Assembly: GCA_965225855.1 (NCBI GenBank) | Contig: CBDDCK010000005.1 | Location: 1,152,001 to 1,216,000 of the forward strand | Source of the DNA: Spirochaetia bacterium | GTDB taxonomy: Bacteria > Spirochaetota > Spirochaetia > SP-2023 | Direction of reading: 5' to 3' | Length of the DNA stretch: 64,000 bases | Shown here: piece by piece, positions 42,360 to 53,080 of the stretch | Numbering within the stretch: the first letter of the stretch is position 1 | Layout: every line of letters begins with the position of its first letter | Notes under the pieces: generated by a model | Told to the model about the DNA's origin: nothing | The model's database searches: none | What the model saw: only the letters and a program-made list of their open reading frames with translations | Made by a program: the position numbers and the translations under genes

Positions 42360-43487
42360 CTACGGAAATGATAGAGCCAATTGTAATAGATGGGGTATTA
42401 AACGCTTGAGTGGCCAGCCTTCAGCTTCCATCAATTTGGGGAACATACTGTTTTCTGTAAACCCCGGTATAGTATTGATTTCATTGAAAAGTAGACGATC
42501 TTCGGTTTCCAAATAAAACAAATCAACACGGCAATAATGCCGAACAGCCAAAGCTACAAAAGCTTGTGCTGCCAATTTGCGCGCCCGCTGCAGCAATTCT
42601 GGCGGCAAGTCATTGCTAACTTCAACAACCAAAGCTTTTTTTTGCTCTTGGGGTAAATATTTTTGTTCGTAACTATAAAATTCGCCATTACTATGAATTT
42701 GGGCAACGTTGGAAATTTGCAATTTACCGTCTTCCAACTCAATAGCGGCTAGTTCCAATTCTCTAACGCATAGCCCTTCTTCAATCAGCAATTTATCATC
42801 ATATTCCAGTGCCAAATGCAGTGCAGCCGCCAAATCTTTTACTTGCTTTACTTGAGTTATACCGATCGATGAACCCATCCGAGCCGGCTTGACAAATAGC
42901 GAAGGGCATTGCCACTCGCTAAATAATTCTGCTCCTAGTTTATCAAAAGTGATTTCATTGAATCTCCTCAATTCTCTACGGCAAAAACTGCGATAACGTG
43001 CACATGGGATACCTTTATCCTTGAGCATAATTTTCATAAATTGTTTATTCATATTGATTAAAGAGCCATTCATATCGGAGCCAACAATTGGTATACCAAA
43101 AAACTGGGCCAATCCTTGTATCGTTCCATCTTCACCAGAAGGGCCATGTATCATCGGAAAAATCAAATCAATCAAAATTTCTTGCATAGCTGTGCGCAAA
43201 CCTAAACCATGTGTCCCAGTTGTGCGCACTAGCGGCAATAATTCTACTTTCTCAAATTCAGCCGTGCTATCAAGAAATTCTAATTGGGGCCAATTTTGGG
43301 CTTGCACTTCACTCAAATACCACCAGCCATTCGGTGCAATAAATACGGGAATTACTTCAAACAAATTTCGATCAATGTATGGATACACATTTTGAGCAGA
43401 GAGCAAAGCAATTTGGTATTCTGCAGAAATCCCCCCACTGACAAATAATAGTACTTTCTTTTCAAAATTTTGGTTATGCAAAAACAT
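42360..43487 (-). CDS. ddl: D-alanine--D-alanine ligase
   Basis: GGISAEY, HGPSGEDGTIQG, KPARMGSSIG, NEINTIPGFT. Confidence 0.95.
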   Translation of the reverse strand: MFLHNQNFEKKVLLFVSGGISAEYQIALLSAQNVYPYIDRNLFEVIPVFIAPNGWWYLSEVQAQNWPQLEFLDSTAEFEKVELLPLVRTTGTHGLGLRTAMQEILIDLIFPMIHGPSGEDGTIQGLAQFFGIPIVGSDMNGSLINMNKQFMKIMLKDKGIPCARYRSFCRRELRRFNEITFDKLGAELFSEWQCPSLFVKPARMGSSIGITQVKQVKDLAAALHLALEYDDKLLIEEGLCVRELELAAIELEDGKLQISNVAQIHSNGEFYSYEQKYLPQEQKKALVVEVSNDLPPELLQRARKLAAQAFVALAVRHYCRVDLFYLETEDRLLFNEINTIPGFTENSMFPKLMEAEGWPLKRLIPHLLQLALSFP

Positions 43488-43779
43488 TTCCTTTAATCTG
43501 TAGCTTAACTGTATCTATTACCAGCTTTCACGGTAAGCTTGGCCTTGTGCGATATAATTGGGGTCCAATGAATAAATGTATGGTGATGAATTTTCAATTT
43601 CCCGATTTTGTTGTTCAATCGATGAGACAATATCGGGCTGCGTCTGCCTATTTTGAAACGGTGGAATATTCCCGGTATATCTTGAATATTAGACTTGCTG
43701 CCACCAGAATTTTTATTCAAAATTTGTGATCTCGATCGACTAAATTGATTGGATTTGTTTGAACTATTTGAAGGTAAAG

Positions 43780-44700
43780 GCAATTTAATGTATTCTACAG
43801 GATGAAATATTGCCATTTGCACTGGGCGGAAACCAACCCATGATCTAATCTGATATGGTTTTAAACGCTCACGCACTTCAACCGCTAGCCAAGTTTGCTT
43901 TTTGCGGATGCGCTTGCCTTGTTTGATAAAAAAATCTTCTTTGGGGAGACTGCGAAACGAGCTTCCCCATATCAATTGGTATTTGCCCGAACCGGGCTCC
44001 AACGGATTATCCACAGGGCTGCTGTAATAATAATCTTCGGCATACCAATCGTCAATCCCCAGCTCATTGGCGCACAGCAAACCCACAGGCTGGGCATAAG
44101 GACGGTTAAGCGTATTGTCTTGATACCAAGCAACATCGATTTCTTTATTGCTACCAGAAAATAAATGCTCTTGGCCAGAAACCCCACCGCGCGCAGCAAT
44201 ATCCAATTCCGCCTCCATGGGCAGACGATAGCTTTGTTTGGTACTCCAGCGCAGCACATCGTTCCACAATTTCCAATACACTTCATAAGGTCTGATCGAA
44301 AAACTGCGAGCCGAAACGCGATGCCTTAGAGTTTTCAAATTGCATTCCCCCTCACTGATACTCATAATGTAGTAGGCACTACTGAAGTAAACAGCACCAT
44401 CTTTTACCGAAGTATCCAGTTTTTCGGTAATTGTAGTCGTGTTATGGCGCGTGATAAAACGCGGATCGACACGGTTGGGAACCGTACTGGGACTTAACCC
44501 AGAACCAGGGGGTTGGATTTGTTGCCTGACTGTATTAAACATCGGCATTCGCAGTATAGAACTTTGATGCTGCTGTGCAGTCTGCGGCAACTCCCCACCC
44601 GCCCAAATATAAGAAAAAAGAGGATAACCATAAAAACATCGGAGCCGAATAGACTAATTGAAAAAGGATTGCTCTAACAGCACCTAAAAATTTGAGAAAC
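43780..44700 (-). pseudogene. Degenerate formylglycine-generating-enzyme (FGE-sulfatase/CLec) domain gene
   Basis: Within ORF 43505-44590: YRLPMEAE..AARGG..VAWY..PVG..ANELG..DWY..DNP..GFR, but the DMSGNVWEW core is absent. A leader-like stretch lies in another frame (44535-44744). Limits approximate. Confidence 0.6.
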
Positions 44701-44706
44701 ATTTTT

Positions 44707-45279
44707 CTAATTCGTATTTTGTCGCTGCCGATACGCTTGTACAATAAGGTCGGCAGCTTGATATTGGTTAAAATATTCTGTGTTCAAAATTAAATCGGCA
44801 AACAAAAATTGCTCTGTATCAATTTGATACAGCTTGCGGTAACGCGCTGCATCGCGCTGATCGCGCTCACTCGTTGTGCACAATAAATCAGCTAGAGCGC
44901 CTCCCTCTCGCAGCTGGATACGCTGGCTGCGTACATTAGCCGATGCATATAAATAAACCTTTAAGCTGGCTTTAGGTAATAGCCATATTGCCAAACGGCT
45001 ACTCAATACCACATGTTCTTTTTCTAAACACAATTCTATTTGGCGGCGATCTACTAAACAATCGAGCTTTGAATCTTGCTGGGCTTGGTGCGCAATTTGT
45101 TCTAAGCTCAAGCCCTGTTCTTGAGCATAGCTGCGCATAGTATAGTTGATCGCAGAAAAGCCTAAAACCTTGGCAACCAAAGCATTGATGGTGGTATTGC
45201 CACAACCACTGCGTCCAGAAATCGCAATCGCATCTATTGTGTTTGGATAAATAATCGTTTGAAATTCATCATAAGACAT
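44707..45279 (-). CDS. cmk: Cytidylate kinase-like (archaeal/spirochaete-type)
   Basis: IAISGRSGCGNTT, SRLAIW, KVYLYAS..RSQRI..RE, RDQRD..RY..LY. Confidence 0.8.
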   Translation of the reverse strand: MSYDEFQTIIYPNTIDAIAISGRSGCGNTTINALVAKVLGFSAINYTMRSYAQEQGLSLEQIAHQAQQDSKLDCLVDRRQIELCLEKEHVVLSSRLAIWLLPKASLKVYLYASANVRSQRIQLREGGALADLLCTTSERDQRDAARYRKLYQIDTEQFLFADLILNTEYFNQYQAADLIVQAYRQRQNTN

Positions 45280-46345
45280 TTTTCGTTTGCTCTCTCATTT
45301 GTTCAATAATCATTTTCATCCGAATGGCTATTTGCTGTAATTGAACCAAAGGACTTTTGCTACCTAAAGTATTTACTTCTCGGTTCATCTCCTGTAATAA
45401 AAAATCCAGCTCTTTGGCACAAGCACTGGCTTTGCTGGTACTAGCTTGGGCAGCCCGTTGCAATATCTCAAAAAAACCTTTTGCATGAATATCCAAACGG
45501 CTAAGCTCTTCACGGACATCACCCTTAGCCAGAAACAAACTCAATTCACTAAGTAGCCGCTCCTCGCTCAAAACTGGCCTATCATCTTTTTTAGGCGTTA
45601 TTTGCGCTTGCTGAAACTCCTCCCACTTTTGAAAATTTTCCTGTAGTCGGCTGCTATAGTACGATGAAATTTCTGTTTCCAACTGATTTGCCTGCTCGCA
45701 CTGTATAACAAAGTCTTGGTGTAATTGCAATAATTCATGATGCAATTCTTGCCCTTCCCGCTGCCGAGCTAGTACTAATTGGGCACAAGCATCCGCACAA
45801 AAATTTAGCAGAGATTGCTGCCAGTCCAACAGATGCTCTTGTTTGCTGCCTTTCTCTTGCCCTTGCAATTCTCCTTGTCCACCGCACCCAGATTCGCGTT
45901 GCAAAGTCTCCTTGTAAAGTAAATCATTGCCCATATTTTCACAAAGTTCACGTTGTAATTTGCGACAATGCTGTAATATATCCAACGAGTTTGGGCGCAG
46001 CAGATCAAAGCCCAAATTTTTTGTTATACGCTCTAAATCATGTAGCTGGCGCAATTCTTGTTTCAGTAACCGATGATCAATTTTGAGTTGCCCTAAAAGC
46101 TCTTCTTTATTGGCATAATTCAAACGGAATTCAATCCGCCCCCGTACCAATTTGCGCTGTAATAATTTCTTCAAAGGAACTTCCAATTCAGCAACAAAAT
46201 TGGGTATCTGGCAATTTAATTCAAAAAACCGTTGGTTTAAACTGCGCAATTGAATATACCAAACTTCAGATCGACCCAAAAACGTACTTGAGTCCTGATA
46301 CTCCTCACTGGAAAAACTGGTGCTAGCAGTAAGGCTTTGAATCAT
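45269..46345 (-). CDS. yicC: YicC/YloC family endoribonuclease
   Basis: MIQSLT, RSLNQRF, DVREELSRL, LDFLLQEMNREVNTLGSK. Confidence 0.9.
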   Translation of the reverse strand: MIQSLTASTSFSSEEYQDSSTFLGRSEVWYIQLRSLNQRFFELNCQIPNFVAELEVPLKKLLQRKLVRGRIEFRLNYANKEELLGQLKIDHRLLKQELRQLHDLERITKNLGFDLLRPNSLDILQHCRKLQRELCENMGNDLLYKETLQRESGCGGQGELQGQEKGSKQEHLLDWQQSLLNFCADACAQLVLARQREGQELHHELLQLHQDFVIQCEQANQLETEISSYYSSRLQENFQKWEEFQQAQITPKKDDRPVLSEERLLSELSLFLAKGDVREELSRLDIHAKGFFEILQRAAQASTSKASACAKELDFLLQEMNREVNTLGSKSPLVQLQQIAIRMKMIIEQMREQTKNVL

Positions 46346-47968
46346 TTAATTATCTTTCTCCAATAAAGTCCGCAAAGCCAAAGCTAATTCTCGGTTATTG
46401 CCCGCCCCCATCGTTACAAATAAATCCCCTGATTGCAAGATATTTTGCAAAGCAGGCAGAGCGTCTAGTGGTTGGGCAAAGTAATATGCTTGCTGCGCAG
46501 ACGGGCGCAACTTATTGACGGCTTGCCACAGCATTCGGCCATTATAGTGTTTCTTACTGGGGTTTTGATCCTCTCGTGCGCAGCCATAAATATCGTGCAA
46601 GATCAGTACATCCGCCCACTCAAAACAATGGCTAAAATCTTTATGTAACCCAATGCTACGGCTGTAAGTATGGGGCATAAAATCCAGTACTAAGCGGTGG
46701 TCGGGATAAAACTTTTTTAACCCAACTAAGGTCTTTCGCACGGCAGTCGGGTGGTGGGCATAATCATCTAGTACCAGTATATCTCCTGTTTTCCCAATTC
46801 CTTTTAGAGACAATAATCCTAGTAATTCCGAACGGCGGCTAGCACCACAAAAGTTTGCCAAAGCAGCTTGAATATGTTGGTATTCATTGCGCAAAAAATC
46901 ACTAAAACATTGGTATTGCTGCTGAATTATGCCGGTGTGGAACAAAGCCACTAATGCACCCAAAGCATTCAAAGCTAAGTGTTCACCCGGCAAAAGAAGG
47001 CGCAAAGGCCATTCAGATAAGCCCTTTAAATGCAAGATAGTCTCACCCTTTTGGCTTTCTATGCTTTCCACAATAAACTCCCCAGTCGCACTAAAACCAT
47101 AAGGAACTAAGTATTGTTTAGACTTAGTTTCTTTAGAAATAGAATGTAGTTTCGTACGTAACTTGTGGATATTAGGATCGTCCGCACAATAGATTACAAC
47201 CTCAACACTGTCTTTAGAAATAAACTGATAGAAACTGTTTTCAAGCATTTCATAGCTAGTGAAAAAGTCTTGATGATCCCATTCCAACGAGGTTAGCAAG
47301 ATAATATGGGGGTCAAATTCAAAGAAATGGTTGCGGTACTCACAAGCTTCTACGGCGAAAATATCGCTACCTTGGGAAAGAAAAGAATTACCTTGTAGAT
47401 GCGGGGCTGCAGCACCAGCTATTGCGCTCGCCGCTAAATTGAAACTGGAACTTAAGCTTTGCATCATGCTACTGCACAGCAAGGTTGAAGTGGTTTTGCC
47501 GTGGGTGCCCGCTATGGCCAAGCATTCCTTATAGCAGCGTGCTATATGACCCAAAGCTTGTGGGTAACTAAACACCAATAGCTGCTTTTGTTGTTGGCAT
47601 TGCAAGGCTACTTTGTATTCTGGGTTATCCATACCATACGCTGCTGAATAAACTACTATCGCAGCACGACTACCCAGAGCTGCAAGCCAATCGGTCAAAT
47701 TGCTTGCAGCAAAACCGCAGTGCCACGCAATACTACTAGAGCGCAGCAACTCATCAGTATAAAACTGTTCTGCCACATCACTACCAGTAATCTCATAGCC
47801 CAGATGCTTGAGCAACTGGGCCAGAGCACACATACCGCTACCTTTAATACCAATAAAATAGATGTTGGGCTTAGGAACATTTGTTTCACTAATACTATCT
47901 ATTGTTGTACCACTACAGCCCAAATTGAATATCTGTTGCAACATTTTTTGTTTCTGCCTACTTGCCAA
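46346..47968 (-). CDS. murC: UDP-N-acetylmuramate--L-alanine ligase
   Basis: IGIKGSGM, AGTHGKTT, EACEY, DDYAHHPT, PHTYSR, TMGAG. Confidence 0.95.
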   Translation of the reverse strand: MASRQKQKMLQQIFNLGCSGTTIDSISETNVPKPNIYFIGIKGSGMCALAQLLKHLGYEITGSDVAEQFYTDELLRSSSIAWHCGFAASNLTDWLAALGSRAAIVVYSAAYGMDNPEYKVALQCQQQKQLLVFSYPQALGHIARCYKECLAIAGTHGKTTSTLLCSSMMQSLSSSFNLAASAIAGAAAPHLQGNSFLSQGSDIFAVEACEYRNHFFEFDPHIILLTSLEWDHQDFFTSYEMLENSFYQFISKDSVEVVIYCADDPNIHKLRTKLHSISKETKSKQYLVPYGFSATGEFIVESIESQKGETILHLKGLSEWPLRLLLPGEHLALNALGALVALFHTGIIQQQYQCFSDFLRNEYQHIQAALANFCGASRRSELLGLLSLKGIGKTGDILVLDDYAHHPTAVRKTLVGLKKFYPDHRLVLDFMPHTYSRSIGLHKDFSHCFEWADVLILHDIYGCAREDQNPSKKHYNGRMLWQAVNKLRPSAQQAYYFAQPLDALPALQNILQSGDLFVTMGAGNNRELALALRTLLEKDN

Positions 47969-48415
47969 CTATAATAAAATTCCTTCACCTAATAGATAGC
48001 CATTTGTTTTGTCATTTTGGTCCGATAGGCCCTTATCTTCCCCTTTGTATCGCCCCTTTCGCTCTTCTATTTCGGCCTTATCTGCTTGCTGCTCTGCCAA
48101 TATTTTGGGCTCCAACAACTGGCCACTTGCAGAATAAAGCGACAATTCTGTATGTTGCTTGGGCTGGTTTGCTACTTGCATGGCCAAATAACTTTGAAAC
48201 TGTAGCGGTTGCTTTTGATGTTTAGAAAGCCGATACTGCGGGCAAGCCATACCCGTACTATTGTAAACTTCTATTGCTGGCAGCAAGGTACTTTTAAAGT
48301 TAAAAAACAAACAAGCATGCGGTTGGCTGCTATCCCAAGTAACCTTGTAAGACTGGCATTTTTGGCAGAGAGGCAGGATTTTATTGGGTAAAGCTCTATG
48401 GGCTTTTGGCTTCAT
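47969..48415 (-). CDS. Hypothetical protein with N-terminal Cys-rich motif
   Basis: CxxC..VTWD..PHAC..F.FKS..P..V...G..C. Stop codon abuts the murC start. Confidence 0.65.
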   Translation of the reverse strand: MKPKAHRALPNKILPLCQKCQSYKVTWDSSQPHACLFFNFKSTLLPAIEVYNSTGMACPQYRLSKHQKQPLQFQSYLAMQVANQPKQHTELSLYSASGQLLEPKILAEQQADKAEIEERKGRYKGEDKGLSDQNDKTNGYLLGEGILL

Positions 48416-48437
48416 AACACAATCACAAAAAACACAA

Positions 48438-49364
48438 TCAATAAATTTCTTCTAAGCGATATGGTGTTTTCTGGTAGACATAGTAGTTGACCCAATTGGT
48501 AAACAGCAAAGTCGCATGAGCACGCCAATTCATGTAAGGCAACTGCTCGATATTATTCTCAGGGAAATAATTATACGGTATATCGGGTTTCATATTTCGG
48601 CCTTGATCTCGCAAATATTCTTGTTTTAATGTATCTGAATCATATTCGGCATGGCCGGTAACAAAAACTTTGCGCCCATTTTGGCTTTGTAGCAGATAGA
48701 TGCCACCTTCTGGTGAACTAGATAGTAAACATAAATCATTTTTTGCTTTTTCGTTGCATTCTAAATCAATACACCTTATTTCCGCATGGCGTGAATGAAT
48801 GGCATAAAAATAATCGTCAAAACCCTGTGTCAAGGGAAATTCAAAATTTTCCACACAATGGCGGTACACTCCAGAAACTTTATTTTCGGTTAAATGCTTG
48901 GGAATGTCATAGTAATACTGCAGGGCAGCCATAGCTCCCCAACAAATAAATAAAGACGAATAGACATTGTTTTCGGCCCAGCTCAAAATATTGCAAAGTT
49001 CATCCCAATAACTAACTTCTGAATATGCTAAAGCTTCTACCGGAGCTCCGGTAACAATCAGGCCATCAAATTTACGCGCTTGTACCTGCTCAAAAGTGCG
49101 ATAAAAATTTTCCAGATGGTCTTTGGAGGTATACCTTGTCTCCCGCGAGACACGCAAAAACTCAATATTTATCTGAAGTGGTGTATTCGCCAACAAACGC
49201 AATAATTGGGTTTCTGCAATAATTTTCTGTGGCATCAAATTCAAAATTAAAATATTTATCGGGCGAATATCTTGGCGATATGCTTCTTCCTCCCCCATCA
49301 CAAAAACATGCTCTTCAAGCAATTTGTTGTATGCTGGGAGCTTTTTATCAATATTAATCGGCAT
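48438..49364 (-). CDS. metA: MetA-family homoserine O-acyltransferase (GAPVE suggests acetyltransferase)
   Basis: ILNLMP, DGLIVTGAPVE, FICWGA, HSRH, TGHAEYD, WVNYYVYQKTPY. Confidence 0.95.
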   Translation of the reverse strand: MPINIDKKLPAYNKLLEEHVFVMGEEEAYRQDIRPINILILNLMPQKIIAETQLLRLLANTPLQINIEFLRVSRETRYTSKDHLENFYRTFEQVQARKFDGLIVTGAPVEALAYSEVSYWDELCNILSWAENNVYSSLFICWGAMAALQYYYDIPKHLTENKVSGVYRHCVENFEFPLTQGFDDYFYAIHSRHAEIRCIDLECNEKAKNDLCLLSSSPEGGIYLLQSQNGRKVFVTGHAEYDSDTLKQEYLRDQGRNMKPDIPYNYFPENNIEQLPYMNWRAHATLLFTNWVNYYVYQKTPYRLEEIY

Positions 49365-49523
49365 GGGATTTTCTCATTTTAAAAATAGTGTTAGCCAGAT
49401 TATACGAAAAACACCCTTTTGGCCTATCCCTTCACAATAATTCAAATATGCAATTGCTACTATATTTTAACAACAAACCCAAACCAAATTTTTGCATTGG
49501 ACTTAAAATGATGTAAATTTTCA

Positions 49524-49710
49524 CTAACGATAGGCAATTGCTTCCACCTCAATCATTACATCTCGGGGTAAACCTTTACAGTAAAGCAACTGCGTGCTGG
49601 ATATGGCTGGCCAAAATATTGGGCATAGATTTCATTAAACTCAACAAACAAAGACATATCTTGTAAATAAGTATGTTGTTTTTATCACTTTATCCAATGC
49701 AAATTTTTAA
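49524..49710 (-). pseudogene. ridA: RidA/YjgF family C-terminal remnant with two frameshifts
   Basis: Manual translation gives LDKVIKTT / YLQDMSLFVEFNEIYAQYFGQPYPARSCFTV / KGLPRDVMIEVEAIAYR*. Confidence 0.8.
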
Positions 49711-49717
49711 TGGATAG

Positions 49718-50965
49718 TTAAAGGGATAATTCTTGATAGGCCGCACGCAAAAAAGAACCTTGTAAATCAAAGCCAACATCGGTGAGTTTAAAGTAGCCTT
49801 GCTCCCAATAAAAAAAATCTGCATATTGCTGCATCGAGTTGGGTAGCCACTTTTGCAGCAGACAATCCAAATATTCTGCTTTAGCTGGTAAGTTTGGCCA
49901 AAACAAGTGGGAGAACTCACAGCCTTCAATGCCTCGGCGTAAACGTAAAGCCATTAATAAATACTCCCACAAACTCTCTTTTTGTGAAAGTATGGTATAG
50001 CGAAGGCCAAAATCACTGCGTTCCAAATAGTGCTGCCAAACGGTAGAACCTTGGGCCCGCCAGACTTGCGCTTGCTGGCCCGGTTGTTCAGTTATTAATC
50101 CAGCCCCAACCGCCCCCGGGCCTAAACCCAAATACGGCTGCCAACGCCAATACAATTCATTATGGCGCGAGCAATAAAGATGTTCCTCGGCATTCCCATT
50201 AGCTCCGCAAGCAAAATTCGAAACTTCATAACGATAATAATCTAATTTTTTTAAGCCATTATGCAAGTGTTCAAATTGTTGCTCACAATTTTGCTGCGCT
50301 ACCGTCTGAATCTGCTGCCGGGCAAACAAAGTGCCTTCCTCTATACTCAATTCATAATATGATACATGGTGGGGCTGATGGCGAGCAATAAAATCCAGAC
50401 TGTCTTCAATATCAGCCAAATTCTGGCCGGGAATACCATAAATAAAATCAAAAGAATATTGGCCATTAAAATGGTTGGTCAACAGTTTGGCCAGTTTTTC
50501 ATGCTCTTGGCGCGATGAGCGCCGCCCTAAAGCCAAAAGCAATTTATCGCTACAACTTTGCAGACCAATACTCAAGCGGTTTATGTTCAAATTTTGCCAC
50601 AATTCCAAACTTTCTGCATGAATTAGTTCGGGATTACTTTCCATACTCCATTCGGTAACAGGTTTTGGTAATCGGGCCTGTAACTCGCGCAGCAGATAAG
50701 AAAGGGCCCTAGCCCCCAATAAACTAGGCGTACCACCACCTAGAAAAATAGTTTGTAAATCACGCAGCAAGTCCGGCCGTAGAGCCAAATAATGATCGAG
50801 CTGTTCGAGCAGTCTTTGAACAAAGCGTAAATGCTGCTGTTCATTGCGCGAGACGATAACATAAAAATCACAGTATGGGCAGCGACTGGTGCAAAAAGGC
50901 ACGTGAATATAAAGCCCTTTCGGCAAAAATGAATTTGGAAAAAAACAATCCGAAGAAAATGACAT
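49718..50965 (-). CDS. hemW: Radical SAM heme chaperone HemW (HemN-like)
   Basis: LYIHVPFCTSRCPYCDF, GGGTPS, ESNP, NRLSIGLQS, YEVSNF, HNELYW, YLGLGPGA. Confidence 0.9.
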   Translation of the reverse strand: MSFSSDCFFPNSFLPKGLYIHVPFCTSRCPYCDFYVIVSRNEQQHLRFVQRLLEQLDHYLALRPDLLRDLQTIFLGGGTPSLLGARALSYLLRELQARLPKPVTEWSMESNPELIHAESLELWQNLNINRLSIGLQSCSDKLLLALGRRSSRQEHEKLAKLLTNHFNGQYSFDFIYGIPGQNLADIEDSLDFIARHQPHHVSYYELSIEEGTLFARQQIQTVAQQNCEQQFEHLHNGLKKLDYYRYEVSNFACGANGNAEEHLYCSRHNELYWRWQPYLGLGPGAVGAGLITEQPGQQAQVWRAQGSTVWQHYLERSDFGLRYTILSQKESLWEYLLMALRLRRGIEGCEFSHLFWPNLPAKAEYLDCLLQKWLPNSMQQYADFFYWEQGYFKLTDVGFDLQGSFLRAAYQELSL

Positions 50966-52464
50966 TATGGCCCGCTCAAATAATCTATTGGGTTGACTGC
51001 TTTTCCTGCTACAAAAATCGTGAAGTGAATATGTGTCCCCGTGCTCAAGCCCGAAGAACCTATATGTCCAATAGTATGGCCTTGGAATATCCGTTGCCCT
51101 TTGCTAACTAAAAGTTTGGACATGTGGCCGTAAAGAGTTTTAATACCTTTATCGTGTTGTAAAATAACATACTTGCCATAAATCGATTGGTAACCCGCAG
51201 AAATCACCAAACCATCAGAAGAAGCTTTTACCGCTGCTCCATAAGGGCCAACAATATCCAAACCGTTGTGAAATTCGCGCCTACTCCTGTAGCCGAAAGG
51301 ATTGTTGCGATAACCAAAATGGGAACTGATCGGCCCAATATAAGGATAGATATAAAGATTGCCAAAAACTTTGCGCAATTCATAGCTGCTTAGTGTAGCA
51401 CCGGGGATAAATATTGGGTTGCCAGCAATCAGTACACTATCTTCCAGCTGATTTGCATCGATCAAAGCACCAATGCTGCTGTCAAATTCGGCAGCAATAC
51501 TAGCCAAGCTATCATTGGCTTGAACTTGATACATTAAACCGTCTATATTGGGTATCAAAATTTTCTGCCCAGCTTGTAAACTTTTGGCTCGCTTTATCTG
51601 GTTGACACTAATTAAAGTGGACATGTTGAGGCTATACCGCTGCGCCAGTAGCGAAATATTTTCGCCACTTTGGACAATATATTCACGGGTGTGATAAGCA
51701 GGATGTAAAATACGTTTCAATTGTGCTGGGTCTAGTTGCTGGCTAGCAATTAAATTATTTGTTGAAAAACTGGTAGAAGCTATGTCAATTTTACTCTCTG
51801 AAGCATTGGTGGGGGCTGTTCTTTTTCGAACCAAAGCAGCCTGACTATCTAAGCGAGTAAGCATCATATCCTCACTTAGTAACAAGTCGAGCTGATTTTC
51901 GGCCGGTAGCAATAAAACCCTTGCCGATTGTTCAAAATAGTAACGGCTCAAAATAGGAACATACCACTGCACAATCAAAGAAAAAGCAACAAGCTGCAAT
52001 ACAAATAGCAAGCCATCTAAACGCAATAAGTACAGCATTCGTAAAGAAAAGCCAGCTAAAATTTCCCCAAAAACGCCACTAATTTCTCGCTTAAAGACAT
52101 CAACAGAATAATTTGTATTTCCAGTCAACTCCAAATATAATGCTTCTTCATGCTCCTCATAGTGCACAGAATGGCTGCGATACTGTTCATAGCTTTGGCC
52201 ATAAGGTTTATCACAAGATTTTAAGCGGTTTACAGGCTGCCGAGTTTGTTGCCAAGCATGATTATTTCGCCAAGAAAACCATTTTGATTCTCTTGCCGGC
52301 TGCTTGATATTTTGCTTGCCAGTATTTTCTACAAAATTCCTATCAAAACGTTTTTTACTGCGATTCAGCTGGAACTTGCTGTGTTTTTTCGGTTTGCCTT
52401 TACCAGTAAAATTACTTGTGGGGCTACTTTGTTTATTTTGGTATCTTTCACTACTGATACGCAC
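50965..52464 (-). CDS. LysM + M23 peptidase (start uncertain)
   Basis: Two LysM repeats, HNGLD and YGH(M) M23 motifs, STGTHIHF. Confidence 0.9.
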   Translation of the reverse strand: MRISSERYQNKQSSPTSNFTGKGKPKKHSKFQLNRSKKRFDRNFVENTGKQNIKQPARESKWFSWRNNHAWQQTRQPVNRLKSCDKPYGQSYEQYRSHSVHYEEHEEALYLELTGNTNYSVDVFKREISGVFGEILAGFSLRMLYLLRLDGLLFVLQLVAFSLIVQWYVPILSRYYFEQSARVLLLPAENQLDLLLSEDMMLTRLDSQAALVRKRTAPTNASESKIDIASTSFSTNNLIASQQLDPAQLKRILHPAYHTREYIVQSGENISLLAQRYSLNMSTLISVNQIKRAKSLQAGQKILIPNIDGLMYQVQANDSLASIAAEFDSSIGALIDANQLEDSVLIAGNPIFIPGATLSSYELRKVFGNLYIYPYIGPISSHFGYRNNPFGYRSRREFHNGLDIVGPYGAAVKASSDGLVISAGYQSIYGKYVILQHDKGIKTLYGHMSKLLVSKGQRIFQGHTIGHIGSSGLSTGTHIHFTIFVAGKAVNPIDYLSGP

Positions 52465-52651
52465 GTATTTCCTCGGCCAACATCAAATTAATTACAGATA
52501 GAATAATGGCTTAAATTCTTCATCACAACCGATCACAATAAACAAAAATTTGGCTAAATAGGCTAAAGGTATTATTGTAATTAATCTATCCAAAATAAGA
52601 AACATTGGAAGAATACTGAAGACTTGGGAAATATAGTAAATAGAAATCTTA

Positions 52652-52960
52652 CTATAGGCTTTTTAAGAAAAAGCAAATTTGTTTATAGTCTATGCCATTA
52701 TCTTCCCAATTTTTTATAACAAAAGAAATAGCTTGGGAGGATTGAATGAAAACAAATTTTTCTGTACTCCGAACATCTCCTGCTAATATATCCATATTCA
52801 TTCGATAATGCAGCCATTTTACATAGATATAATGCTTATATAAGTTGTATTTTGAAAGCAAATAATTACCGTATGTCTGATATTCTGAAAATCCACTAAA
52901 TGGCAGAGCTTCTGTTTTAGTAGAATTTAAAATGGTAAAAATCCATTTAGAATCTTTGGC
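52652..52960 (-). other. AT-rich gene fragment, possibly a glycosyltransferase-related C-terminal remnant
   Basis: FSEYQTYGNYL motif in the 3' half of ORF 52652-53095. The 5' half is probably hrpA upstream DNA. Confidence 0.35.
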
Positions 52961-53080
52961 AATTACCGCTAAGCCCAAACATCTAATAAAGCTGCCCATA
53001 GTTTGCATGACCAAAGTAAATACTCTCACTATAATTGCGCCTTGATATACTACTAAGAAAAGAGCCAAACGAGCAACCGC

